Below, piece by piece: positions 35,001-48,200 of a stretch of DNA of 64,000 bases. Every line of letters begins with the position of its first letter. The first letter of the stretch is position 1. Source of the DNA: Basidiobolus meristosporus CBS 931.73 (taxonomy: Eukaryota > Fungi > Basidiobolomycota); assembly GCA_002104905.1 (NCBI GenBank), contig MCFE01000039.1:1-64000 (forward strand), written 5' to 3'. The notes beneath the pieces are model-generated. The model did no database searches, was not told where the DNA came from, and worked only from the letters and a program-made list of their open reading frames with translations. Position numbers and translations under genes: made by a program.

Positions 35001-36462
35001 ACTGTTGTTTGGGGAGATAGGCTCACAATCCATCAGTGACCTGCTGCTTCTGAGCTATCACTCTGCATGCCATATTCAGAAGGCTGGGGCAAGCCTAAAG
35101 GCATCATAAACTCACCTGACTTGGTTTGCACAAGGTGACAAGTACAGCCAGGTGTTGTTATAGAAGTGTCAAGTGGCTAACAAGATGTTGATGGTACCAT
35201 AGTGACTGATGAATGGCCATATACAACTTGTGTGGAAAAACACAGGCCATGATCCTTGTAGTACTACCTATGATGTCTATGTACATCATGGCTGAGAGGC
35301 TTGCTACAATGGCCACATAGTCTTTTTTCTCTTCTCTTACAGCATTGAATCAAAGTAGTCTTGTCCATAGGGCAAACAGTATGACACTCAACAATGGAAT
35401 GCTATTATATCATTATTATGTCAGTACTCATTTGAATTTAAGACAGTCTTGTATTTGAGACATTGCACCTACATGTATGTAAGATTCAATGATGAGCTGC
35501 CATAGTAAGCATTATAGATAAAGTTATGGCATCACATACACATGTATATGTGACACCATTTCCCCTTTGATTTGACCCACTTCCATATATATGCCACCAA
35601 AATTAAGCAAAGTTGTCTGGTTCCCAACCAAACCCCACTGCTGGCAGCAGCAGAAGAGCAGTTGGACAGCTGCTTGCTTTAACATTTAGTGCAACCAGCA
35701 GGCCTACAACCAAAAAGGCCCTGTGGATAGTGTGCCCACTGAAGGTAATAATGCAGACTCCTCAGGCTCTCAGTCAAGTAGCCCATTGGGAATCTCTGTG
35801 GAGCCACAAGCTGACCATAGTGCTGAGGCAGATGAGAATGAAATAGGTGCAGTGGCTTATAGGATAGATGCAATGGCCCAGAAAAACCAGCAATAGTACA
35901 GAAGTAGGATGAGCAGATAATATATGTATAGCAATCAATATCCCAGGTAGAGAACTCCGTATTGTTGCTGCACAAAAAAACTCAAGTAGCTCAATGAGAC
36001 AGCCAAGAATTGAGCCATTTCTGGATGCAACAGCAGAGGAGCACTGTACACTCTTGAAGCACAAAAACAGTGCCCAAAGATAAAGCCCACAGAAACACCT
36101 ATCACAGCATGGGATGGAGAGACTGTACTTTTAATACCCAACTTCAAATATCGAAAGACATTGAAGAACTGTGAAGATGTTGATTGCAATGATAAAGAGT
36201 GGCCAAGTAATCCGGAGGCCATTAGAAGTCTGGCACAGCATCATTCCAAGGTTGGCATACCATGGGACCATTAGGAGTTTAAGGCCAGGCAAAATGCACC
36301 TGACCTGTTTCATGAGCCTTATGCTGGATCCAAGCAAACAAACAGATTTTGGCCCAGCACTGGTATGCTAAGAGAGTGTCTCAAGAATAACAGAAACTAT
36401 CAAATGCATAAGAGCAAGGGTGTCATGGTTAAAAGCTAGTGGCTTCATCAAGAGCTTGTAAC

Positions 36463-39400
36463 TGTTGTAAAAATTTGTATTTCCACCTAAATATTCACCT
36501 AACTTAGTCACTTAGATCATCACCTTCAAATCCTAGAGAATACTGACCAAATTCCTTGTCAGGATTTACTTAGAATATTTTCACCAAAATACCAGGTACC
36601 CTGAGCAAGAAAATTCTCAAAGCTGTCCAAACAGCCCCAAACTTTGCACACATGTTCTTGGGACCTTTCTTAACCTATTCTACATGTTTGTTATGCCAAG
36701 ACCAGGTAAAAGTATAAATACTACTTTTACAATCAATAAATCATTAAGTGAAAACCACATAATCTACTTGTTCTCCCAATCACTTCCAATATCTCCAAGA
36801 CTTTTACAACAGGTTATGAGCCCCAAGCTGTCACTCTCTGCAATGTCTACTACTGCTATTACTGGAATTTTTCCCTCTGCTGAAAAGTTGGATGGATCTA
36901 ACTACCAAGTGTGGAAGGTGAAGATGAAGATGCTGCTACAAGAAAGAGGCCTTTGGGATATTGTCATGGGAGAAGAATGCCCTCCTAAAAACGTGGGAGA
37001 GGAAGCCTTGAAGTACCAGAAGAAAGAACAAAGTGCCTTTAACTGCATTTGCCTTAATGTCAAGGACAAATTGCTAATTCAATGCTCAAGAGCAAAAACG
37101 GCAAAGAATGCCTGGAAGGCATTAGAAGACACCTACCAGTCATGTTCAGCTGCCAAGAAAATGTATGTGAGACAAAAATTCTTTACTACAAAGATGCTGC
37201 CAGGAGAAGAAATGAAAAATCTAATTAACAGAATTACCCTGCTGGTAGATGAGATGGAATCTGTGGGAATACCAACTACTGATGAGGATGTGATAGTTAC
37301 CATCCTGAATAGCCTGACAGACAAGTTTCAGGGCCTTGTATCAGCCCTAGAGTCCAGAACTGAAGATTTGACCTTATATTACGTATATGGAAGGCTCCTG
37401 GATGAAGAATTAAGAAAATCAAGCGCCAATAAGAAGGAAGAAGAAAATGCTTTAATAAGCAATGATAACAAACAAAGGAGGTACCCAAGACCCTACAAAG
37501 GCAACAGCAACCTGTTTTGTAACTACGGCAAAAGGAAAGGACACACATCATACCGGTGTCTCAAAAAGAAAGATAATCTGCAAAAGAAGCCTGAATATGG
37601 AAATGCTGCAACAACTGAAGATAGACTATTCATATCTGCACTAAATATGACCACAAACAAGGATTCTCAGACGTGGTATATTGACTCTGGAGCTTCTCAA
37701 CACTTTACACACCAAAAAGAACTTTTTACCCAATATCAAGAAATTCCAATTAAGAAGGTTTTCATGGGTGACAATAGAACACTTGATGCAGTGGGAGAAG
37801 GAACTATCCAAGTAAACCTTAGAAGCAGTGAAGGAAGCCATACACTGACCTTTAAAGAAGTACTCTATGTACCAGAAATAGCCAAGAACCTACTCTCTGT
37901 AAGCAAGGCCACAGCAGAAGGACTCAGTTTCAGTTTTGACAATTCTGGATGCAGGATCACTGATCAAAATGGTGCCCATATTGCTTTGGGCATCAGAGAT
38001 CAGAATCTATACAAGTTGACTTATATTCCATCATATTTGGAAGCCAATATAAGTAACTTGAATGAAGAAACACCAATGCTTTGGCACAGGAGATTTGGAC
38101 ACATCAATTTTGATTACTTGCGTAACATGATCAAAGATCAGCTAATTTCTGGAGTGAAAATTGACCCCCCAGCTAATTTGGAGTACTGTGAAGCCTGCAC
38201 ATATGGGAAACAAGCCAGACAACTGTTCAAGAGCTCTGGGTTAATCAAAACTAAGAAAAAATTAGATCTAATTCACTCAGATCTGTGTGGACCTATGCAA
38301 AATTTATCCTTAGGCGGGATGAAGTATCTAATCACTTTTATTGATGATTATACAAGATACACATGGGTCTACTTCATGGAGAGAAAGGAAGAAGCTCTGT
38401 CTAAGTTCAGGGAGTTTAAAGCCATGGTGGAGAGAGAAACTGGTGAAAAAATCGAGAAAATAGGCTCTTACAATGGTGGAGAATATACCTCAGAACTATT
38501 CATCCACTTCTGCAAAATTCATGGGATAAAGCAAGAGACTACTGTACCATACTCCCCACAGCAAAATGGAGTAGCAGAACAAGCTAACAGATCAATAATT
38601 GATATGGCAAGATCTATGATCCATGATCAAAAATTATCCTATGATTTTTGGGCGGAATCAGTTGCCACTGCTGTATATCTTAAAAATAGGAGTTATAACA
38701 GAATACTTTGTGATTCTACTCCATTTGAAGCATGGCATGGATACAGACCAAGTGCAGAACATCTAAGAATATTTGGGTGTACAGCATATGCCAAAACACT
38801 GGCCGGAGATCAGTCAAAATTTGAGCCAAAAAGTGTAAAATGCATATTTTTGGGCTACTGCAATGAGAGTAAGGCATACAGACTCTACAATACCAAAGCA
38901 AAGAAGCTTATCAAGTCCAGGGATGTGTTGTTTGATGAAAATTCAAAATTTTCACAAAAAATGACATCAGATGATGACAAAAATTTGATCTCAAGTCCAC
39001 CAATTGTCAGGATTGAATCAGAGCAAAACAATGAAAATTTTTTCATTCCAGAGGACTCTACAACCGTGGTTCAGCCAGAATCAGTGCCCAGGAATATCCC
39101 AGAAGTGATCATTCCAGTATCAAATGCCCGGAGATCAAATCGGACAAGAAATAGCCCAAATTACTATATTAATGAGGGTACAAACTTGGCCTATGCCTAT
39201 TCAGTCCATATTGATGAACCCCAGACTGTAAAAGAGGCCCTAAATAGCCCTCAGACAAAGTTTTGGAGATCTGCAATGACTGAGGAATATCAGGCCCTGA
39301 TGGAAAATCAAACTTGGGACTTAGTCAAATTACCAATCAACCAAAAATCAATGGGATGCAGATGGGTCTTCACAACAAAATACAAGGCTGATGGTACAAT

Positions 39401-41148
39401 TGAAAGATGCAAAGCAAGACTTGTAGCCAAAGGATACTCTCAAACAAAAGGACTTGACTATACTGAGACCTTTGCACCGGTAGCCAAGTTTAATTCCATC
39501 AGATTAATATTGGCTATTGCAGCCAAATATAAGTTTTTTATTCATCAAATGGATGTAAAAACTGCATTTTTGAATGGAGAACTTGATGAGGACATGTATA
39601 TGGACCAGCCTGATGGGTTTGTTGACCAAGATAACCGCCATTTGGTCTGCAAGCTTAAAAAGTCACTATATGGTCTCAAACAATCACCAAGAGCCTGGAA
39701 TTGCAAGATAGATTCTTATTTGGAATCTTTGAGTTTCAAAAGGAGAAATGCTGACTATAGTATATACTATAAGCCAGATAGAGCAAATCCAGTTCTATTA
39801 GCTCTATATGTGGATGATCTTATTATAGCCGCCAATAACCTAGAAACATTGGAAGAAACTAAATCCAGCCTATCTAAGGAGTTCAAGATGTCTGATTTAG
39901 GAGAACTTAGTTACTACTTAGGGATTAAGCTCTCCATAGACAAAAGTACCCAGACTATCACCCTAAGCCAATCCAAGTATATTCAAGATATACTAAAGAA
40001 GTACCCAATGGAAGACTGTAAACCGGCAGCTACCCCAATGGAGACAAACCTTAACTTGGTCAAAACTCAACCAAATCAAGAGAGCTTGGTGCCATCTGAG
40101 AGCCCTGACTTTTCTTATCAATCTATGGTCAGCAGTCTGATGTATATCATGCTTGGAACACGTCCAGATATCTCATATTCAGTGGGAGTTGTCAGCCAAC
40201 ATAATCAGAATTATGGATCTGATCATATTGCAGCAGTTAAGCAAATTTTTAGATACCTAAAAGGAACTGCTGATATCTGCTTAAGATACACTTATAAGGA
40301 TTCAGAACAGGATCTTGTGGGATACTCTGATGCTGATTGGGGACAAAATTTGGAAGACAGAAGATCCACCACAGGATACACCTTTCTTTACTGTAAAGGA
40401 GCAATATCATGGAATTCAAGAAAGCAAACAACCATAGCACTCTCTACTACAGAGGCAGAGTATATGGCAGCCTGTGAAGCTACAAAAGAAGCAATGTGGT
40501 TAAGAAAGCTCTTTGCAGATTTAGGCCTATGTCAAAAAAACGCCTATTACTTTATTTCAAGATAATCAAGGATGTATACAATTAGGTAGAAATCCAGCTT
40601 TTCATGCTACAACCAAGCACATAGATATTAGACATCATTTCATACGTGAAGCTATAGAGAATAACTTAGTTAGCTTAGTTTACTGTCCTACAGATGAAAT
40701 GATTGCAGACATATTTACCAAACCATTAGCTAGAGACAAGTGTGAATATCTTAGGTCAAAATTAGGACTAATCAGTATGAACATTTAACTGAGTGGGAGT
40801 GTTGTAAAAATTTGTATTTCCACCTAAATATTCACCTAACTTAGTCACTTAGATCATCACCTTCAAATCCTAGAGAATACTGACCAAATTCCTTGTCAGG
40901 ATTTACTTAGAATATTTTCACCAAAATACCAGGTACCCTGAACAAGAAAATTCTCAAAGTTGTCCAAACAGCCCCAAACTTTACACACATGTTCTTGGGA
41001 CCTTCCTTAACCTATTCTACGTGTTTGTTATGCCAAGACCAGGTAAAAGTATAAATACTACTTTTACAATCAATAAATCATTAAGTGAAAACCACATAAT
41101 CTACTTATTCTCCCAATCACTTCCAATATCTCCAAGACTCTTACAACA
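36463..41148 (+). mobile_element. Near-intact full-length Ty1/Copia LTR retrotransposon (family A, copy 1)
   Basis: LTRs 36463-36811 and 40800-41148 (349 bp, 7 differences), GTAAC TSD, PBS GGTTATGAGCCC at 36812, PPT gagtgggag at 40791-40799. Confidence 0.98.
36843..40788 (+). CDS. Copia gag-pol polyprotein (gag, Zn knuckle, protease, GAG-pre-integrase, integrase, RT, RNase H); +1 frameshift in the A7 run at 40534-40540
   Basis: WYIDSGAS, WHRRFGH, HSDLCGP, QMDVKTAFLNG, LYVDD, GYSDADW; RNase H resumes in another frame (TPITLFQDNQG...KHIDIRHHFIRE...ADIFTKPL) to TAA at 40788. Confidence 0.95.
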
Positions 41149-42649
41149 GTAACAGGCAGGGCTGGAAGCTCTAAAGAATTGGCAAAGATATGTCAGGTAG
41201 CCAGAATTGTGCCAGTTAGGGACAGACAGGCAGAAACAGATGCATCAGTGCAGCATAGATCAAGATGAAAACAAAGTAAGATACAAGAAGCACTGAGTTA
41301 CAGTAGCAGTGAAGGACTGGACCATGATAGAAGCCCTCAGCATTTTCTGGGACCTGCAACAAGTAGGGCTGGAAGTTCTCAACAAGTAGCAAAGAGGCTT
41401 CAGGTTACCAATAGAGTGCCTGCAAGGGACAAGCAGGCAAAAATGGATGCACCAGCTTAGAATTCATCATGGAGAAAACAAGGTACAATAAAGGAAGCCC
41501 TTGGTCATAGTAGCTGTGAAGCAATGACAGTGATAAAAACCTATAGCTTTCTCAGGAGCCTGTCACAAGCAGGGCTGATGGCTCCAAGCAGGAGTCAAGG
41601 AAACATTAGGTTGCCAGGAAAGTACTGGCAAAGTACAGGCAGAAAATATGGATTCACCAGTGCAGCATTCATCAAGGATAAAATAGAGTAAAATACAGGG
41701 AGCACTCAGTCAAAATAGCAGTGAAAGACTTGGCAGGGATAAAGATAAAGGTCAAGAGAAAAAGCTGTACCCAAGCCAGAGAGAGGGAAGCAAGAGAAAA
41801 AAGCTGGAGCTCTCACCAGTTAATGCTGTCAGCCCAGAACAGGCTAAATCCCATCATAGCCAAGAAGAGTCATCAACAAGACAAAAGCTGTTTTCTCAAG
41901 TCTTGGAAGTACAGCCATTTGAGTTACACTCCAGTGAGATAGATGAGTTTGCAGAGAAAAGCAATTTGTATACTAATGCCTCCCGATCCTCCACTGTAGA
42001 CACAGTGGAAATCCCATAGACAGACAAAGCAACAATGTCAATAACTCAAACAACTATTACAATGCCTAAATTGGAATTTTGGAACATTAATAGGCACACC
42101 ATGAGGTTGCAGCACTTCCTCAAGAGCAGTGCTCAAGAAAATACATTCAAATATTGCAAGGATTTATTGCAAAGACTGCCATACAAGGTGCTGGCCCTTG
42201 CAGTGCTGGCTGAAGACCAGGATGTAGAGAAGCAGTGAATGAACTGTGGCACAAAGCTGCAGAGTTCCTGCCAAAGTTGTGGAAAAAGGGTGTTACAGCA
42301 GAAATACTTATTGAATAGTGGATTTTAATGGAGTTACTTGTTGAGTGTTGGGTTGGGCTTAATGTTGGTGTTGGGTGTAGGGACTTGTATAGGTCAATAC
42401 AATTGGAAATTGAGGTACAACTCAATTTTCATTGATCAGAAAGTGAGATAATTGGCAAAAGATCAATCAAAAGCCACTCATGTATAGTTGTGATGAGAAA
42501 TTTTGACCAGGTTTTTTGTGAAATCTGGGGTGCCATTGTTTTTTAATGGTCTTTGCACATTGTCCTTACAAAATCAATGCCTCTTAGTCATGGGACTTTA
42601 ATTCTGTGACAGCCTTTTGGTGGGGTCATTACAATTATTTTTTATAGGC

Positions 42650-45050
42650 AGAAGGATACTATTTCCACATTCAATCAATCTCCTAGTGAGAACCACATAA
42701 TCTGATTATTCTCCCAACTACTTCCAACCACTCTAAGACTCTTCCAACTGGTTATCAGCCATCAGCTGTCACTTTCTGGAATATTTATCACAGCTGTTAC
42801 TGGAATTTTCTCCTCTGTTAAACGTTGGATGGATATGACTGCTAAGTCTGGTAAATGAAGATGAAGATGTTGCTAAGCAATAGAAGCCTTTGCAATGTTG
42901 TTATGTTATGCCCTCCTGAATGTGTAGGAGAAGAAGCCTTAAGTACCAGAGGAAAAAACAAAGCACCTGTGACTGTATTTGTCTTGATATTAAGGACAAG
43001 TTGCTAATTCAATGCTCAAGAGCAAAGCAACAAAGACTGCCTGCAAGGCATTAGAAGACACCTACCACTCATGCTCAGCTGCTAGAAATTGTATCTTAGA
43101 CAAAAATTTCTTACTGCAGGGATGGTCCCAGCATAAAGGATGAAAAATCTAAGTTACAGAATACACAGTTGGCTAAAGAGATGGGACAATCAGCAAATGA
43201 GACACCAAAGAAGCTATGATAGTACCCATGTGAATAATCTGACAGGTAGGCTTCAGGAACTTGTATCAATTCTTGAGTTATCAACCAAAGCTCAGACTTT
43301 AAATGCCTGTATGGAAGGCTCATGAATGAAGAATCAATAAGTCATGAAGTGAAAGCTCTGCAATTTACTTGTTTTCCTAATCATTTCCAACATCTCCAAA
43401 ACTCTAACAGCAGTCTATGAGCCTCAAACTGTTATTCTTGGGAGAGTCAAGTACTGCTATTACTGGAGCTTTTCTGTCTACTTAGAATTTGGATTGATCT
43501 AACTCCCAAGTGTAGGATCAAGAAGAATATGCTGCAACAGTAAAGAGGCCTTTGAGATATTGCTATTGGAGACAAATGCCCTCTTAAAGGTGTTTCAGAA
43601 GAAGCTTTAAACATGCAAAAAAATATCATTGTAACTTTGATTGAGTATACCTGCACCTAAAGAAAATTACTACTTCAATGCTCAAGAGCAAAGCAGCAAA
43701 AAATGTATGAATGGCATTAGAAGATAGCTACCTTTCACATTGAGCTGATAAAAAGTGTATTTTGGGCAAATATTCTTTACTACAAAGTTGTTTCCAATAG
43801 AAGAGACAAAAATCTAACTTGCAGAATTACCCTGGTAGTTGATGAGGTGGAGTTGGGGGGCATGCAAAGTGTCAGTGAAGATGTGATGGCTACCCTCATG
43901 CATAATATGACCAATAGGTTGCAGGACCTTATGTCAGCTCTGGAGTATAGAACTGAAGATTTGACCATGAATTACCAACACAAAAGGCTTAATGATACAG
44001 ATCCAAGAAAGTCAGCTGCAATAAGAAGGAAGAAGAGGCTTCAATGAGCAGTGATAAGCACTAAAGAAGGTACTCTTGACCCTCTATAGACTTAACCATC
44101 TCACCTGCGACCACTGCAAAAAAGAGGACTCACATCAGACCGGTGCTTCAAAAAGACAATCAACTGGTAGAAATAGCCTGAATACAGAAATTCAGGAAAT
44201 ACAGATGATAGACTCTTCTTATCTGCATCTAATACAACTACAAACAGGGATTCTCAGATGTGGTCTACTGACTAAGAGGTATGTCAGTGCCTCATACATC
44301 AAAAGAACTTCTTACCAAATAGCAAGAAATTCTGTTTAAGATGGTTTAATGCAACACTACAGAACACTTGATGCAGTTGGACAGGAAACTATTCAAGTAA
44401 GCCTCAGAAGTAATGAAGGAAGTCAGACAATTACCTTCAATGAAGTGGTCCATATAACAAAAGTAGCCAAGAATCTGCTATCATTATGTCAAGCCATAAC
44501 CCAATGACCTGATTCTAGTTTTAATAAATTCAGATGCAGGATCATTGATCTAAATGATTACTATATTGTCTTGGGTATCAGAGATCAGAATTTATACTGG
44601 TGAGCTTCTTTTCACTATTATCCAGAGTCCAAGACATGAAACTTGAATGAAGAAATACCAATGCATTAGTACAGATAACTTTGACTTGTCAATTGTGATT
44701 GATTGAGGAAAATGAAGCAAAAGGCACCAATTCCCCAAGTAGAAGTTGATCATAGAGCTAATATAGAGTAAAGGAATGAGAGTAAAGTACACAGACTCCA
44801 CATTTGCAAAGCAAAAGTGTCAATCAAGTCCACAGATGTGCTGTCTGAGGAAAGTCTTAACTTTACACCAAAAATGTCATCAAATAATGACAAAGATGTA
44901 ATTGCAAGTCCACCCATATTGAGGATTGAAACAGACAAAAGCCGGAATCTCTTCACTCATAAGTACACTTCAGCCAGGTTTCAGCCTGAATTGGCAGCCA
45001 TGATCATTCCAGAGGTGTGTTGCAATATTCTGAGGTGTATCAGAAGTGAT
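42650..45050 (+). mobile_element. Two consecutive truncated, heavily decayed Copia family-A 5' fragments (LTR end, PBS, gag, part of pol)
   Basis: LTR-end plus ggttatcagcc at about 42750 and a second LTR-end at about 43380-43430, each followed by gag-like sequence homologous to 36843 onward. Confidence 0.8.
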
Positions 45051-45237
45051 GTGGAGGACTAGCAGATTTACATATTCACTTGTGTACTTATTGATCAAAA
45101 GTATGGCATTTATTCTTTTGGTAAAGTAAGACATACAAACATTGAGAGATTGCTGAGGAAGATCCCTTGAATATATGAACAAAGTTTGGGTCTTTTGGAC
45201 AGCTTTGGGAAAGGTCATAATCTGGTTACCTGAGAAG

Positions 45238-48200
45238 TGCTGTAAAAATTTGTAATTCCACCTAAATATTCATCCAACTTAGTTACTTAGATCATTACCT
45301 TCAAATCCTTGGGAATACTGACAAAATTCCTTGTTGGGATTTATTTAGAATATTTTCACCAAAATATCAGGTACCCAGAACATGAAAATTCTCAAAGTTG
45401 CTCAAACAGCCCCAAACTTTGCACACATGCTCTTGGGACCTTCTTTAGCCTACTCTACATGCTTGTTATGCCAAGGCCATGTAATAGTATAAATACTACT
45501 TTTATATCCAACAAATCCTTAAGCAAAATTACATATTCTACTTGTCCTCCCAAATCTCCTCTAATATCTACAAGACTGTTACAACAGGTTATGAGTCCCT
45601 AGCTGTCACTCTCTGCAATGCCAACTACTGCTATTACTGGAATTTTTCCCTCTGCTGAGAAGTTGGATGGATCTGGCTACCAAGTGTTGTGCGTCAACAT
45701 TTAAACTGAGTCTATTTTACCCTGTTAGAAAATCCAGTACCCTGACTGATTTTCCCTAACCCAAACATAACTAATACCAGTTATGGTTTTTTTATCACTT
45801 CTCAGAATCTATTTTTAGCTGTCACACCTCATCAATTTTCATGTGGTCTTTACATCCTCAACTGATCTGCTAAGCCTTTCCAAGTGATTAGTCATCTGAG
45901 TTCTATCCAACCACTTAGCAGTTGCCAAGACATCAGCTGATTAATGATGCAATTTCTCATTTATCTTATGCACCTATAAACACCCCAACAGATTTCAATT
46001 AATCCAGTCTCTTGGTGCTTACTAATTCAACTTTATCAAAAAAGTATAAATAAAGCTTACTGAACCTTTTGGTTTAGTGTGTGTTGCAACAAAATTAAGA
46101 TTGTGCCTCAGCAAAGTTAAGAATTCCATAATTCCATTCTGGTTTCCACCCAATCCTAGCATATCTAACATTCCCAAGAATACCAAGAATACCAAGCCTA
46201 GCCTGTATAGCAAACCAACTCTGTTGCCTTTATAGCCTAACTCAACTATATACAAGACCAATATTAGACCAGAACTTCTCTGCCAATATTACTGTCACCC
46301 TTGATAATTCTAAGATCCTGCCCTTAGTTGTCACTTAGGTTCAGTTAACTCATTCAAGAGCTTATTACACTTTTCTCCTGAATACAACATCAAGTGTAGC
46401 AGGTGAAGATGAAGATGCTGCTACAAGAAAGAGGCCTTTAGGATAATGTCATGGGAGAAGAATGCCCTCCTGAAAATGTGGGAGCAGAAGCCTTAAAGTA
46501 CCAGAAGAAAGAACAAGTGCCTTTAACTGCATTAGCCTTAATGTCACAGACAAATTTGTAATTCAGTGCTCAAGAGTAGAAACAGCAAAGAATGCCTGGA
46601 AGACATTAGAAGACTCCTACCAGTCATGTTCAGCTGCTAAGAGAATGTATCTCAGACAAATATTCTTTACTACAAAGATGCTTCCAGGAGAAGAAATGAA
46701 AATCTAATTAACAGAATTACCCTGCTAGTGGATGAGATAGAATCTGTGGGAGTACCAACTGCTGATGAGGATGTGATAGTAACCATCCTGAATTGCCTGA
46801 CAGACAGGCTTCAGGGCCTTGTATCAGCCCTAGAGTCCAGAACTGAAGATGTGACCCTAAATTATGTATAGGGAAGGCTCCTGGATGAAGAATCAAGAAA
46901 ATCAAGTGCCAATAAAAAGGAAGAAGATGCTTTAATAAGTAATGATAACCAACTAAGGAGGTACCCAAGACCTTAAAAAGGGAACAGCACCTGTTTTGCA
47001 ACTACTGCAAAAGGAGAGGACATACATCAGACCGGTGCCTCAAAAAGAGAGATAATCAGCAAACAAAACCTAAATTTGGAAATGCTGCAACAACCAAAGA
47101 TAGACTATTCATATCTGCACTAGATATAATCACAAACAAGGATTTTCAGATGTGGTACATTGACTCTGGAGCATCTCAACACTTTACACCAAAAAGAACT
47201 TTTTACCCAATACCAGAAATTCCAGTCAAGAAGGTTTTTATAGGTGACAATTGAACACTTGATGCGGTAGGAAATATCCAAGTAAACCTTAGAAGCAGTG
47301 AAGGAAGCCATACAATAACCTTTAAAGAAGTACTCTATGCACCAGAAATAGCCAAGAACCTACCATCTTTAAGCAAGACCACCACAGAAGGACTCAGTTT
47401 CAGGTTTGACAATTCTGAATGCAGGTTCACTGATCAAAATGGTGACCATATTGCTTTGGGTAACAGAGATCAGAATCTATACAAGTTGACTTATGTTCCA
47501 TCATATCTTGGAGCCAATACAAGTAACTTCTATGAAAAGCACCAATGCTTTGGCACAGGAGATTTGGGCACATCAATTTTGATTATTTATGCAAAATGAT
47601 CAAAGATCAGCATATTTCCGGAGTAAAAATTGATCCCCCAGCTAATTTAAAGCACTGTGAAGCCTGCATATATGGGAAACAAGCCAGACAACTATTCAAT
47701 AGCTCTGGGTTAATCAAATATAAAAAAATTAGATGTAATTCACTAAGATCTGTGTGGACCTATGCAACATTTAGCTCTAGGTGGGATAAAGTATTTAATC
47801 ACTTTTATTGATGATTATATAAGATACATGTGGGATTAAGAAAATACTCTCTGACAAAGGTCAAGAATATACCCCAAAGCTCTTCCTCCACCTCTGCAAA
47901 ATTCATGGGATAAAGCAAGAGACTACTGTACCATACTACCCACAGCAAAATAGAGTAGCAGAACATGCAAACAGATCAATAACTGATATGGCAAGATATG
48001 TAATCCATGATCAAAAGCTATTGTTTGATTTTTAGGCAGAATCAGCTGCCACAGCTATGTACCTTAAAAATAGGAGTTATAATAGAATAATTTGTGATTC
48101 ACTCCACTTGAAAAATGGTATGGATACAGACCAAGTGCCAAGCATCTAAGAATATTTGGGTGTACAGCATATGCCAAGAAACTACCCAGAAATCAGTCAA

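Larger units (their letters stand above)
35600..42300 (+). pseudogene. Decayed unknown ORF ('ORF X') split by the Copia insertion; 3' part has about three 207-bp (69-aa) degenerate tandem repeats
   Basis: One reading frame with scattered TAG/TGA/TAA runs through the GTAAC TSD (…HQELVT|GRAGSSKEL…); repeat anchors agggct at 41158, 41365 and 41571; second copy at 51300-52315. The end point is approximate. Confidence 0.55.

Noticed and set aside
35700-36340. Hydrophobic minus-strand ORFs suggesting a transporter pseudogene
   Set aside because: Cys-rich with no transporter motif; better explained as antisense of the + strand ORF X frame.
36684-36842. Listed polyprotein start inside the LTR
   Set aside because: Upstream of the PBS; the likely gag start is ATG 36843, conserved in position in copy 2.
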